Below, piece after piece: positions 49,516-64,000 of a stretch of DNA of 64,000 nucleotides. Origin of the DNA: Yuukianura sp. NJ FZ-2021 (taxonomy: Eukaryota); NCBI GenBank assembly GCA_046563655.1, contig JAJCTO010000009.1:496001-560000 (forward strand). Reading direction: 5' to 3'. The notes below the pieces were generated by a model, which was given only the letters and a program-made list of their open reading frames with translations, did not search any database and was not told the origin of the DNA. Every line of letters begins with the position of its first letter. Within the stretch, counting starts at the first letter, position 1. The translations under genes and the position numbers were made by a program.

Positions 49516-52500
49516 AGGATTTAAGCCGTAAAACTCGTCAAAAAACCACTCTCTTATTTTCGGACATGTAAAGTGGTTTTTACCTTAAAATCCCCGATCT
49601 GAAATTACATAGCCTAAAAGTAAAGATTTAACTAAAAAAACGTGGCAAGACAAAATCCTGTTGTAGAACAGGCAAACAGTAAAGATTTAACTAAAAAAAC
49701 GTGGCAAGACAAAATCCTGTTGTAGAACAGGCAAACAGTGGAACTCAACATTGCCTCTAAGGCCTCAAAATTTAGGATTTAAGCCGTAAAACTCGTCAAA
49801 AAACCACTCTCTTATTTTCGGACATGTAAAGTGGTTTTTACCTTAAAATCCCCGATCTGAAATTACATAGCCTAAAAGTAAAGATTTAACTAAAAAAACG
49901 TGGCAAGACAAAATCCTGTTGTAGAACAGGCAAACAGTAAAGATTTAACTAAAAAAACGTGGCAAGACAAAATCCTGTTGTAGAACAGGCAAACAGTGGA
50001 ACTCAACATTGCCTCTAAGGCCTCAAAATTTAGGATTTAAGCCGTAAAACTCGTCAAAAAACCACTCTCTTATTTTCGGCCATGTAAAGTGGTTTTTACC
50101 TTAAAATCCCCGATCTGAAATTACATAGCCTAAAAGTAAAGATTTATCTAAAAAAAAACGTGGCAAGACAAAATCCTGTTGTAAAACAGGCAAACAGTGG
50201 AACTCAACATTGCCACTAAGGCCTCAAAATTTAGGATTTAAGCCGTAAAACTCGTCAAAAAACCACTCTATTATTTTCGGCCATGTAAAGTGGTTTTTAC
50301 CTTAAAATCCCCGATCTGAAATTACATAGCCTAAAAGTAAAGATTTATCTAAAAAAACGTGGCAAGACAAAATCCTGTTGTAGAACAGGCAAACAGTGGA
50401 ACTCAACATTGCCTCTAAGGCCTCAAAATTTAGGATTTAAGCCGTAAAACTCGTCAAAAAACCACTCTCTTATTTTCGGACATGTAAAGTGGTTTTTACC
50501 TTAAAATCCCCGATCTGAAATTACATAGCCTAAAAGTAAAGATTTAACTAAAAAAACGTGGCAAGACAAAAACCTGTTGTAGAACAGGCAAACAGTAAAG
50601 ATTTAACTAAAAAAACGTGGTAAGACAAAATCCTGTTGTAGAACAAGCAAACAGTAAAGATTTAACTAAAAAAACGTGGCAAGACAAAATCCTGTTCTAG
50701 AACAGGCAAACAGTGGAACTCAACATTGCCTCTAAGGCCTCAAAATTTAGGATTTAAGCCGTAGAACTCGTCAAAAAACCACTCTCTTATTTTCGGACAT
50801 GTAAAGTGGTTTTTACCTTAAAATCCCCGATCTGAAATTACATAGCCTAAAAGTAAAGATTTAACTAAAAAAACGTGGCAAGACAAAATCCTGTTGTAGA
50901 ACAGGCAAACAGTAAAGATTTAACTAAAAAAACGTGGCAAGACAAAATCCTGTTGTAGAACAGGCAAACAGTGGAACTCAACATTGCCTCTAAGGCCTCA
51001 AAATTTAGGATTTAAGCCGTAAAACTCGTCAAAAAACCACTCTCTTATTTTCGGACATGTAAAGTGGTTTTTACCTTAAAATCCCCGATCTGAAATTACA
51101 TAGCCTAAAAGTAAAGATTTAACTAAAAAAAACGTGGCAAGACAAAATCCTGTTGTAGAACAGGCAAACAGTGGAACTCAACATTGCCTCTAAGGCCTCA
51201 AAATTTAGGATTTAAGCCGTAAAACTCGTCAAAAAACCACTCTCTTATTTTCGGACATGTAAAGTGGTTTTTACCTTAAAATCCCCGATCTGAAATTACA
51301 TAGCCTAAAAGTAAAGATTTAACTAAAAAAACGTGGCAAGACAAAATCCTGTTGTAGAACAGGCAAACAGTAAAGATTTAACTAAAAAAACGTGGCAAGA
51401 CAAAATCCTGTTGTAGAACAGGCAAACAGTAAAGATTTAACTAAAAAAACGTGGCAAGACAAAAGCCTGTTGTAGAACAGGCAAACAGTGGAACTCAACA
51501 TTGCCTCTAAGGCCTCAAAATTTAGGATTTAAGCCGTAAAACTCGTCAAAAAACCACTCTCTTATTTTCGGACATGTAAAGTGGTTTTTACCTTAAAATC
51601 CCCGATCTGAAATTACATAGCCTAAAAGTAAAGATTTAACTAAAAAAACGTGGCAAGACAAAATCCTGTTGTAGAACAGGCAAACAGTAAAGATTTAACT
51701 AAAAAAACGTGGCAAGACAAAATCCTGTTGTAGAACAGGCAAACAGTGGAACTCAACATTGCCTCTAAGGCCTCAAAATTTAGGATTTAAGCCGTAAAAC
51801 TCGTCAAAAAACCACTCTCTTATTTTCGGACATGTAAAGTGGTTTTTACCTTAAAATCCCCGATCTGAAATTACATAGCCTAAAAGTAAAGATTTAACTA
51901 AAAAAACGTGGCAAGACAAAATCCTGTTGTAGAACAGGCAAACAGTAAAGATTTAACTAAAAAAACGTGGTAAGACAAAATCCTGTTGTAGAACAGGCAA
52001 ACAGTAAAGATTTAACTAAAAAAACGTGGCAAGACAAAATCCTGTTGTAGAACAGGCAAACAGTGGAACTCAACATTGCCTCTAAGGCCTCAAAATTTAG
52101 GATTTAAGCCGTAAAACTCGTCAAAAAACCACTCTCTTATTTTCGGACATGTAAAGTGGTTTTTACCTTAAAATCCCCGATCTGAAATTACATAGCCTAA
52201 AAGTAAAGATTTAACTAAAAAAACGTGGCAAGACAAAATCCTGTTGTAGAACAGGCAAACAGTAAAGATTTAACTAAAAAAACGTGGCAAGACAAAATCC
52301 TGTTGTAGAACAGGCAAACAGTGGAACTCAACATTGCCTCTAAGGCCTCAAAATTTAGGATTTAAGCCGTAAAACTCGTCAAAAAACCACTCTCTTATTT
52401 TCGGACATGTAAAGTGGTTTTTACCTTAAAATCCCCGATCTGAAATTACATAGCCTAAAAGTAAAGATTTAACTAAAAAAACGTGGCAAGACAAAATCCT

Positions 52501-55500
52501 GTTGTAGAACAGGCAAACAGTAAAGATTTAACTAAAAAAACGTGGCAAGACAAAATCCTGTTGTAGAACAGGCAAACAGTGGAACTCAACATTGCCTCTA
52601 AGGCCTCAAAATTTAGGATTTAAGCCGTAAAACTCGTCAAAAAACCACTCTCTTATTTTCGGACATGTAAAGTGGTTTTTACCTTAAAATCCCCGATCTG
52701 AAATTACATAGCCTAAAAGTAAAGATTTAACTAAAAAAACGTGGCAAGACAAAATCCTGTTGTAGAACAGGCAAACAGTGGAACTCAACATTGCCTCTAA
52801 GGCCTCAAAATTTAGGATTTAAGCCGTAAAACTCGTCAAAAAACCACTCTCTTATTTTCGGACATGTAAAGTGGTTTTTACCTTAAAATCCCCGATCTGA
52901 AATTACATAGCCTAAAAGTAAAGATTTAACTAAAAAAACGTGGCAAGACAAAATCCTGTTGTAGAACAGGCAAACAGTAAAGATTTAACTAAAAAAACGT
53001 GGCAAGACAAAATCCTGTTGTAGAACAGGCAAACAGTAAAGATTTAACTAAAAAAACGTGGCAAGACAAAAGCCTGTTGTAGAACAGGCAAACAGTGGAA
53101 CTCAACATTGCCTCTAAGGCCTCAAAATTTAGGATTTAAGCCGTAAAACTCGTCAAAAAACCACTCTCTTATTTTCGGACATGTAAAGTGGTTTTTACCT
53201 TAAAATCCCCGATCTGAAATTACATAGCCTAAAAGTAAAGATTTAACTAAAAAAACGTGGCAAGACAAAATCCTGTTGTAGAACAGGCAAACAGTAAAGA
53301 TTTAACTAAAAAAACGTGGCAAGACAAAATCCTGTTGTAGAACAGGCAAACAGTGGAACTCAACATTGCCTCTAAGGCCTCAAAATTTAGGATTTAAGCC
53401 GTAAAACTCGTCAAAAAACCACTCTCTTATTTTCGGACATGTAAAGTGGTTTTTACCTTAAAATCCCCGATCTGAAATTACATAGCCTAAAAGTAAAGAT
53501 TTAACTAAAAAAACGTGGCAAGACAAAATCCTGTTGTAGAACAGGCAAACAGTAAAGATTTAACTAAAAAAACGTGGCAAGACAAAATCCTGTTGTAGAA
53601 CAGGCAAACAGTGGAACTCAACATTGCCTCTAAGGCCTCAAAATTTAGGATTTAAGCCGTAAAACTCGTCAAAAAACCACTCTCTTATTTTCGGACATGT
53701 AAAGTGGTTTTTACCTTAAAATCCCCGATCTGAAATTACATAGCCTAAAAGTAAAGATTTAACTAAAAAAACGTGGCAAGACAAAATCCTGTTGTAGAAC
53801 AGGCAAACAGTAAAGATTTAACTAAAAAAACGTGGCAAGACAAAATCCTGTTGTAGAACAGGCAAACAGTAAAGATTTAACTAAAAAAACGTGGCAAGAC
53901 AAAAGCCTGTTGTAGAACAGGCAAACAGTGGAACTCAACATTGCCTCTAAGGCCTCAAAATTTAGGATTTAAGCCGTAAAACTCGTCAAAAAACCACTCT
54001 CTTATTTTCGGACATGTAAAGTGGTTTTTACCTTAAAATCCCCGATCTGAAATTACATAGCCTAAAAGTAAAGATTTAACTAAAAAAACGTGGCAAGACA
54101 AAATCCTGTTGTAGAACAGGCAAACAGTAAAGATTTAACTAAAAAAACGTGGTAAGACAAAATCCTGTTGTAGAACAGGCAAACAGTAAAGATTTAACTA
54201 AAAAAACGTGGCAAGACAAAATCCTGTTGTAGAACAGGCAAACAGTGGAACTCAACATTGCCTCTAAGGCCTCAAAATTTAGGATTTAAGCCGTAAAACT
54301 CGTCAAAAAACCACTCTCTTATTTTCGGACATGTAAAGTGGTTTTTACCTTAAAATCCCCGATCTGAAATTACATAGCCTAAAAGTAAAGATTTAACTAA
54401 AAAAACGTGGCAAGACAAAATCCTGTTGTAGAACAGGCAAACAGTAAAGATTTAACTAAAAAAACGTGGCAAGACAAAATCCTGTTGTAGAACAGGCAAA
54501 CAGTGGAACTCAACATTGCCTCTAAGGCCTCAAAATTTAGGATTTAAGCCGTAAAACTCGTCAAAAAACCACTCTCTTATTTTCGGACATGTAAAGTGGT
54601 TTTTACCTTAAAATCCCCGATCTGAAATTACATAGCCTAAAAGTAAAGATTTAACTAAAAAAACGTGGCAAGACAAAATCCTGTTGTAGAACAGGCAAAC
54701 AGTAAAGATTTAACTAAAAAAACGTGGCAAGACAAAATCCTGTTGTAGAACAGGCAAACAGTGGAACTCAACATTGCCTCTAAGGCCTCAAAATTTAGGA
54801 TTTAAGCCGTAAAACTCGTCAAAAAACCACTCTCTTATTTTCGGACATGTAAAGTGGTTTTTACCTTAAAATCCCCGATCTGAAATTACATAGCCTAAAA
54901 GTAAAGATTTAACTAAAAAAACGTGGCAAGACAAAATCCTGTTGTAGAACAGGCAAACAGTAAAGATTTAACTAAAAAAACGTGGTAAGACAAAATCCTG
55001 TTGTAGAACAGGCAAACAGTAAAGATTTAACTAAAAAAACGTGGCAAGACAAAATCCTGTTGTAGAACAGGCAAACAGTGGAACTCAACATTGCCTCTAA
55101 GGCCTCAAAATTTAGGATTTAAGCCGTAAAACTCGTCAAAAAACCACTCTCTTATTTTCGGACATGTAAAGTGGTTTTTACCTTAAAATCCCCGATCTGA
55201 AATTACATAGCCTAAAAGTAAAGATTTAACTAAAAAAACGTGGCAAGACAAAATCCTGTTGTAGAACAGGCAAACAGTAAAGATTTAACTAAAAAAACGT
55301 GGCAAGACAAAATCCTGTTGTAGAACAGGCAAACAGTGGAACTCAACATTGCCTCTAAGGCCTCAAAATTTAGGATTTAAGCCGTAAAACTCGTCAAAAA
55401 ACCACTCTCTTATTTTCGGACATGTAAAGTGGTTTTTACCTTAAAATCCCCGATCTGAAATTACATAGCCTAAAAGTAAAGATTTAACTAAAAAAACGTG

Positions 55501-58500
55501 GCAAGACAAAATCCTGTTGTAGAACAGGCAAACAGTAAAGATTTAACTAAAAAACGTGGCAAGACAAAATCCTGTTGTGGAACAGGCAAACAGTGGTACT
55601 CAACATTGCCTCTCAGGCCTCAAAATTTAGGATTTAAGCCGTAAAACTCGTCAAAAAACCACTCTCTTATTTTCGGACATGTAAAGTGGTTTTTACCTTA
55701 AAATCCCCGATCTGAAATTACATAGCCTAAAAGTAAAGATTTAACTAAAAAAACGTGGCAAGACAAAATCCTGTTGTAGAACAGGCAAACAGTGGAACTC
55801 AACATTGCCTCTAAGGCCTCAAAATTTAGGATTTAAGCCGTAAAACTCGTCAAAAAACCACTCTCTTATTTTCGGACATGTAAAGTGGTTTTTACCTTAA
55901 AATCCCCGATCTGAAATTACATAGCCTAAAAGTAAAGATTTAACTAAAAAAACGTGGCAAGACAAAATCCTGTTGTAGAACAGGCAAACAGTAAAGATTT
56001 AACTAAAAAAACGTGGCAAGACAAAATCCTGTTGTAGAACAGGCAAACAGTGGAACTCAACATTACCTCTAAGGGCTCAAAATTTAGGATTTAAGCCGTA
56101 AAACTCGTCAAAAAACCACTCTCTTATTTTCGGACATGTAAAGTGGTTTTTACCTTAAAATCCCCGATCTGAAATTACATAGCCTAAAAGTAAAGATTTA
56201 ACTAAAAAAACGTGGCAAGACAAAATCCTGTTGTAGAACAGGCAAACAGTGGAACTCAACATTGCCTCTAAGGCCTCAAAATTTAGGATTTAAGCCGTAA
56301 AACTCGTCAAAAAACCACTCTCTTATTTTCGGACATGTAAAGTGGTTTTTACCTTAAAATCCCCGATCTGAAATTACATAGCCTAAAAGTAAAGATTTAA
56401 CTAAAAAAACGTGGCAAGACAAAATCCTGTTGTAGAACAGGCAAACAGTAAAGATTTAACTAAAAAAACGTGGCAAGACAAAATCCTGTTGTAGAACAGG
56501 CAAACAGTGGAACTCAACATTGCCTCTAAGGCCTCAAAATTTAGGATTTAAGCCGTAAAACTCGTCAAAAAACCACTCTCTTATTTTCGGACATGTAAAG
56601 TGGTTTTTACCTTAAAATCCCCGATCTGAAATTACATAGCCTAAAAGTAAAGATTTAACTAAAAAAACGTGGCAAGACAAAATCCTGTTGTAGAACAGGC
56701 AAACAGTGGAACTCAACATTGCCTCTAAGGCCTCAAAATTTAGGATTTAAGCCGTAAAACTCGTCAAAAAACCACTCTCTTATTTTCGGACATGTAAAGT
56801 GGTTTTTACCTTAAAATCCCCGATCTGAAATTACATAGCCTAAAAGTAAAGATTTAACTAAAAAAACGTGGCAAGACAAAATCCTGTTGTAGAACAGGCA
56901 AACAGTAAAGATTTAACTAAAAAAACGTGGCAAGACAAAATCCTGTTGTAGAACAGGCAAACAGTGGAACTCAACATTGCCTCTAAGGCCTCAAAATTTA
57001 GGATTTAAGCCGTAAAACTCGTCAAAAAACCACTCTCTTATTTTCGGACATGTAAAGTGGTTTTTACCTTAAAATCCCCGATCTGAAATTACATAGCCTA
57101 AAAGTAAAGATTTAACTAAAAAAACGTGGCAAGACAAAATCCTGTTGTAGAACAGGCAAACAGTAAAGATTTAACTAAAAAAACGTGGCAAGACAAAATC
57201 CTGTTGTAGAACAGGCAAACAGTGGAACTCAACATTGCCTCTAAGGCCTCAAAATTTAGGATTTAAGCCGTAAAACTCGTCAAAAAACCACTCTATTATT
57301 TTCGGACATGTAAAGTGGTTTTTACCTTAAAATCCCCGATCTGAAATTACATAGCCTAAAAGTAAAGATTTAACTAAAAAAACGTGGCAAGACAAAATCC
57401 TGTTGTAGAACAGGCAAACAGTAAAGATTTAACTAAAAAAACGTGGCAAGACAAAATCCTGTTGTAGAACAGGCAAACAGTGGAACTCAACATTGCCTCT
57501 AAGGCCTCAAAATTTAGGATTTAAGCCGTAAAACTCGTCAAAAAACCACTCTCTTATTTTCGGACATGTAAAGTGGTTTTTACCTTAAAATCCCCGATCT
57601 GAAATTACATAGCCTAAAAGTAAAGATTTAACTAAAAAAACGTGGCAAGACAAAATCCTGTTGTAGAACAGGCAAACAGTGGAACTCAACATTGCCTCTA
57701 AGGCCTCAAAATTTAGGATTTAAGCCGTAAAACTCGTCAAAAAACCACTCTCTTATTTTCGGACATGTAAAGTGGTTTTTACCTTAAAATCCCCGATCTG
57801 AAATTACATAGCCTAAAAGTAAAGATTTAACTAAAAAAACGTGGCAAGACAAAATCCTGTTGTAGAACAGGCAAACAGTAAAGATTTAACTAAAAAAACG
57901 TGGCAAGACAAAATCCTGTTGTAGAACAGGCAAACAGTGGAACTCAACATTGCCTCTAAGGCCTCAAAATTTAGGATTTAAGCCGTAAAACTCGTCAAAA
58001 AACCACTCTCTTATTTTCGGACATGTAAAGTGGTTTTTACCTTAAAATCCCCGATCTGAAATTACATAGCCTAAAAGTAAAGATTTAACTAAAAAAACGT
58101 GGCAAGACAAAATCCTGTTGTAGAACAGGCAAACAGTGGAACTCAACATTGCCTCTAAGGCCTCAAAATTTAGGATTTAAGCCGTAAAACTCGTCAAAAA
58201 ACCACTCTCTTATTTTCGGACATGTAAAGTGGTTTTTACCTTAAAATCCCCGATCTGAAATTACATAGCCTAAAAGTAAAGATTTAACTAAAAAAACGTG
58301 GCAAGACAAAATCCTGTTGTAGAACAGGCAAACAGTAAAGATTTAACTAAAAAAACGTGGCAAGACAAAATCCTGTTGTAGAACAGGCAAACAGTGGAAC
58401 TCAACATTACCTCTAAGGGCTCAAAATTTAGGATTTAAGCCGTAAAACTCGTCAAAAAACCACTCTCTTATTTTCGGACATGTAAAGTGGTTTTTACCTT

Positions 58501-61500
58501 AAAATCCCCGATCTGAAATTACATAGCCTAAAAGTAAAGATTTAACTAAAAAAACGTGGCAAGACAAAATCCTGTTGTAGAACAGGCAAACAGTGGAACT
58601 CAACATTGCCTCTAAGGCCTCAAAATTTAGGATTTAAGCCGTAAAACTCGTCAAAAAACCACTCTCTTATTTTCGGACATGTAAAGTGGTTTTTACCTTA
58701 AAATCCCCGATCTGAAATTACATAGCCTAAAAGTAAAGATTTAACTAAAAAAACGTGGCAAGACAAAATCCTGTTGTAGAACAGGCAAACAGTAAAGATT
58801 TAACTAAAAAAACGTGGCAAGACAAAATCCTGTTGTAGAACAGGCAAACAGTGGAACTCAACATTGCCTCTAAGGCCTCAAAATTTAGGATTTAAGCCGT
58901 AAAACTCGTCAAAAAACCACTCTCTTATTTTCGGACATGTAAAGTGGTTTTTACCTTAAAATCCCCGATCTGAAATTACATAGCCTAAAAGTAAAGATTT
59001 AACTAAAAAAACGTGGCAAGACAAAATCCTGTTGTAGAACAGGCAAACAGTAAAGATTTAACTAAAAAAACGTGGTAAGACAAAATCCTGTTGTAGAACA
59101 GGCAAACAGTAAAGATTTAACTAAAAAAACGTGGCAAGACAAAATCCTGTTGTAGAACAGGCAAACAGTGGAACTCAACATTGCCTCTAAGGCCTCAAAA
59201 TTTAGGATTTAAGCCGTAAAACTCGTCAAAAAACCACTCTCTTATTTTCGGACATGTAAAGTGGTTTTTACCTTAAAATCCCCGATCTGAAATTACATAG
59301 CCTAAAAGTAAAGATTTAACTAAAAAAACGTGGCAAGACAAAATCCTGTTGTAGAACAGGCAAACAGTAAAGATTTAACTAAAAAAACGTGGTAAGACAA
59401 AATCCTGTTGTAGAACAGGCAAACAGTAAAGATTTAACTAAAAAAACGTGGCAAGACAAAATCCTGTTGTAGAACAGGCAAACAGTGGAACTCAACATTG
59501 CCTCTAAGGCCTCAAAATTTAGGATTTAAGCCGTAAAACTCGTCAAAAAACCACTCTCTTATTTTCGGACATGTAAAGTGGTTTTTACCTTAAAATCCCC
59601 GATCTGAAATTACATAGCCTAAAAGTAAAGATTTAACTAAAAAAACGTGGCAAGACAAAATCCTGTTGTAGAACAGGCAAACAGTAAAGATTTAACTAAA
59701 AAAACGTGGCAAGACAAAATCCTGTTGTAGAACAGGCAAACAGTGGAACTCAACATTGCCTCTAAGGCCTCAAAATTTAGGATTTAAGCCGTAAAACTCG
59801 TCAAAAAACCACTCTCTTATTTTCGGACATGTAAAGTGGTTTTTACCTTAAAATCCCCGATCTGAAATTACATAGCCTAAAAGTAAAGATTTAACTAAAA
59901 AAACGTGGCAAGACAAAATCCTGTTGTAGAACAGGCAAACAGTGGAACTCAACATTGCCTCTAAGGCCTCAAAATTTAGGATTTAAGCCGTAAAACTCGT
60001 CAAAAAACCACTCTCTTATTTTCGGACATGTAAAGTGGTTTTTACCTTAAAATCCCCGATCTGAAATTACATAGCCTAAAAGTAAAGATTTAACTAAAAA
60101 AACGTGGCAAGACAAAATCCTGTTGTAGAACAGGCAAACAGTAAAGATTTAACTAAAAAAACGTGGCAAGACAAAATCCTGTTGTAGAACAGGCAAACAG
60201 TGGAACTCAACATTGCCTCTAAGGCCTCAAAATTTAGGATTTAAGCCGTAAAACTCGTCAAAAAACCACTCTATTATTTTCGGACATGTAAAGTGGTTTT
60301 TACCTTAAAATCCCCGATCTGAAATTACATAGCCTAAAAGTAAAGATTTAACTAAAAAAACGTGGCAAGACAAAATCCTGTTGTAGAACAGGCAAACAGT
60401 GGAACTCAACATTGCCTCTAAGGCCTCAAAATTTAGGATTTAAGCCGTAAAACTCGTCAAAAAACCACTCTCTTATTTTCGGACATGTAAAGTGGTTTTT
60501 ACCTTAAAATCCCCGATCTGAAATTACATAGCCTAAAAGTAAAGATTTAACTAAAAAAACGTGGCAAGACAAAATCCTGTTGTAGAACAGGCAAACAGTA
60601 AAGATTTAACTAAAAAAACGTGGCAAGACAAAATCCTGTTGTAGAACAGGCAAACAGTGGAACTCAACATTGCCTCTAAGGCCTCAAAATTTAGGATTTA
60701 AGCCGTAAAACTCGTCAAAAAACCACTCTCTTATTTTCGGACATGTAAAGTGGTTTTTACCTTAAAATCCCCGATCTGAAATTACATAGCCTAAAAGTAA
60801 AGATTTAACTAAAAAAACGTGGCAAGACAAAATCCTGTTGTAGAACAGGCAAACAGTGGAACTCAACATTGCCTCTAAGGCCTCAAAATTTAGGATTTAA
60901 GCCGTAAAACTCGTCAAAAAACCACTCTCTTATTTTCGGACATGTAAAGTGGTTTTTACCTTAAAATCCCCGATCTGAAATTACATAGCCTAAAAGTAAA
61001 GATTTAACTAAAAAAACGTGGCAAGACAAAATCCTGTTGTAGAACAGGCAAACAGTAAAGATTTAACTAAAAAAACGTGGTAAGACAAAATCCTGTTGTA
61101 GAACAGGCAAACAGTAAAGATTTAACTAAAAAAACGTGGCAAGACAAAATCCTGTTGTAGAACAGGCAAACAGTGGAACTCAACATTGCCTCTAAGGCCT
61201 CAAAATTTAGGATTTAAGCCGTAAAACTCGTCAAAAAACCACTCTCTTATTTTCGGACATGTAAAGTGGTTTTTACCTTAAAATCCCCGATCTGAAATTA
61301 CATAGCCTAAAAGTAAAGATTTAACTAAAAAAACGTGGCAAGACAAAATCCTGTTGTAGAACAGGCAAACAGTAAAGATTTAACTAAAAAAACGTGGCAA
61401 GACAAAATCCTGTTGTAGAACAGGCAAACAGTGGAACTCAACATTGCCTCTAAGGCCTCAAAATTTAGGATTTAAGCCGTAAAACTCGTCAAAAAACCAC

Positions 61501-64000
61501 TCTCTTATTTTCGGACATGTAAAGTGGTTTTTACCTTAAAATCCCCGATCTGAAATTACATAGCCTAAAAGTAAAGATTTAACTAAAAAAACGTGGCAAG
61601 ACAAAATCCTGTTGTAGAACAGGCAAACAGTGGAACTCAACATTGCCTCTAAGGCCTCAAAATTTAGGATTTAAGCCGTAAAACTCGTCAAAAAACCACT
61701 CTCTTATTTTCGGACATGTAAAGTGGTTTTTACCTTAAAATCCCCGATCTGAAATTACATAGCCTAAAAGTAAAGATTTAACTAAAAAAACGTGGCAAGA
61801 CAAAATCCTGTTGTAGAACAGGCAAACAGTAAAGATTTAACTAAAAAAACGTGGCAAGACAAAATCCTGTTGTAGAACAGGCAAACAGTAAAGATTTAAC
61901 TAAAAAAACGTGGCAAGACAAAAGCCTGTTGTAGAACAGGCAAACAGTGGAACTCAACATTGCCTCTAAGGCCTCAAAATTTAGGATTTAAGCCGTAAAA
62001 CTCGTCAAAAAACCACTCTCTTATTTTCGGACATGTAAAGTGGTTTTTACCTTAAAATCCCCGATCTGAAATTACATAGCCTAAAAGTAAAGATTTAACT
62101 AAAAAAACGTGGCAAGACAAAATCCTGTTGTAGAACAGGCAAACAGTAAAGATTTAACTAAAAAAACGTGGCAAGACAAAATCCTGTTGTAGAACAGGCA
62201 AACAGTGGAACTCAACATTACCTCTAAGGGCTCAAAATTTAGGATTTAAGCCGTAAAACTCGTCAAAAAACCACTCTCTTATTTTCGGACATGTAAAGTG
62301 GTTTTTACCTTAAAATCCCCGATCTGAAATTACATAGCCTAAAAGTAAAGATTTAACTAAAAAAACGTGGCAAGACAAAATCCTGTTGTAGAACAGGCAA
62401 ACAGTGGAACTCAACATTGCCTCTAAGGCCTCAAAATTTAGGATTTAAGCCGTAAAACTCGTCAAAAAACCACTCTCTTATTTTCGGACATGTAAAGTGG
62501 TTTTTACCTTAAAATCCCCGATCTGAAATTACATAGCCTAAAAGTAAAGATTTAACTAAAAAAACGTGGCAAGACAAAATCCTGTTGTAGAACAGGCAAA
62601 CAGTAAAGATTTAACTAAAAAAACGTGGCAAGACAAAATCCTGTTGTAGAACAGGCAAACAGTGGAACTCAACATTACCTCTAAGGGCTCAAAATTTAGG
62701 ATTTAAGCCGTAAAACTCGTCAAAAAACCACTCTCTTATTTTCGGACATGTAAAGTGGTTTTTACCTTAAAATCCCCGATCTGAAATTACATAGCCTAAA
62801 AGTAAAGATTTAACTAAAAAAACGTGGCAAGACAAAATCCTGTTGTAGAACAGGCAAACAGTAAAGATTTAACTAAAAAAACGTGGCAAGACAAAATCCT
62901 GTTGTAGAACAGGCAAACAGTAAAGATTTAACTAAAAAAACGTGGCAAGACAAAAGCCTGTTGTAGAACAGGCAAACAGTGGAACTCAACATTGCCTCTA
63001 AGGCCTCAAAATTTAGGATTTAAGCCGTAAAACTCGTCAAAAAACCACTCTCTTATTTTCGGACATGTAAAGTGGTTTTTACCTTAAAATCCCCGATCTG
63101 AAATTACATAGCCTAAAAGTAAAGATTTAACTAAAAAAACGTGGCAAGACAAAATCCTGTTGTAGAACAGGCAAACAGTAAAGATTTAACTAAAAAAACG
63201 TGGCAAGACAAAATCCTGTTGTAGAACAGGCAAACAGTGGAACTCAACATTACCTCTAAGGGCTCAAAATTTAGGATTTAAGCCGTAAAACTCGTCAAAA
63301 AACCACTCTCTTATTTTCGGACATGTAAAGTGGTTTTTACCTTAAAATCCCCGATCTGAAATTACATAGCCTAAAAGTAAAGATTTAACTAAAAAAACGT
63401 GGCAAGACAAAATCCTGTTGTAGAACAGGCAAACAGTAAAGATTTAACTAAAAAAACGTGGTAAGACAAAATCCTGTTGTAGAACAGGCAAACAGTAAAG
63501 ATTTAACTAAAAAAACGTGGCAAGACAAAATCCTGTTGTAGAACAGGCAAACAGTGGAACTCAACATTGCCTCTAAGGCCTCAAAATTTAGGATTTAAGC
63601 CGTAAAACTCGTCAAAAAACCACTCTCTTATTTTCGGACATGTAAAGTGGTTTTTACCTTAAAATCCCCGATCTGAAATTACATAGCCTAAAAGTAAAGA
63701 TTTAACTAAAAAAACGTGGCAAGACAAAATCCTGTTGTAGAACAGGCAAACAGTAAAGATTTAACTAAAAAAACGTGGCAAGACAAAATCCTGTTGTAGA
63801 ACAGGCAAACAGTGGAACTCAACATTACCTCTAAGGGCTCAAAATTTAGGATTTAAGCCGTAAAACTCGTCAAAAAACCACTCTCTTATTTTCGGACATG
63901 TAAAGTGGTTTTTACCTTAAAATCCCCGATCTGAAATTACATAGCCTAAAAGTAAAGATTTAACTAAAAAAACGTGGCAAGACAAAATCCTGTTGTAGAA
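49516..64000. repeat. Satellite DNA array B: ~140-bp constant part plus 1-3 copies of a 59-bp subrepeat (199/258/317-bp monomers)
   Basis: AGGATTTAAGCC recurs at 49516 and 49774 (258 bp) and at 52615 and 52814 (199 bp). The subrepeat is TAAAGATTTAACTAAAAAAACGTGGCAAGACAAAATCCTGTTGTAGAACAGGCAAACAG. Confidence 0.99.

Noticed and set aside
49182..49571. ORF spanning the N run
   Set aside because: Artefact of translating through an assembly gap.
49516..64000. CRISPR-like array
   Set aside because: There are no unique spacers and no cas genes; the whole monomer is repeated in a eukaryotic context.

Overview
Eukaryotic (probably arthropod-like) heterochromatic window with four zones. (1) About 1-17.9 kb is a gene-dense, virus-like block, best read as the right part of a divergent Polinton/Maverick-like endogenous DNA virus. 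Its genes are split by short (mostly 54-72 nt) spliceosomal introns that the ORF track does not join. It holds an intact 6-exon PIF1-family helicase and a zinc-finger-led Polinton-type protein-primed PolB that lacks the exonuclease catalytic residues and has one frameshift and one stop. It also holds a putative tandem PC4-like ssDNA-binding protein, a catalytically dead SF2-helicase-like domain, and four small membrane proteins, two of which share a Cys motif. No capsid, integrase, protease or packaging ATPase is recognisable in the window. (2) 17876-45084 is a ~253-bp satellite of about 105 monomers with higher-order structure, interrupted by a 5'-truncated LINE. (3) 45.1-49.4 kb holds relics: a LINE ORF1 remnant, a tRNA-derived SINE with a 12-bp TSD, and decayed compact genes. 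(4) After a 100-N gap, a second satellite (199/258/317-bp monomers with a 59-bp subrepeat in 1-3 copies) runs to the window end. All family assignments come from motif recognition by eye; no database searches were run.
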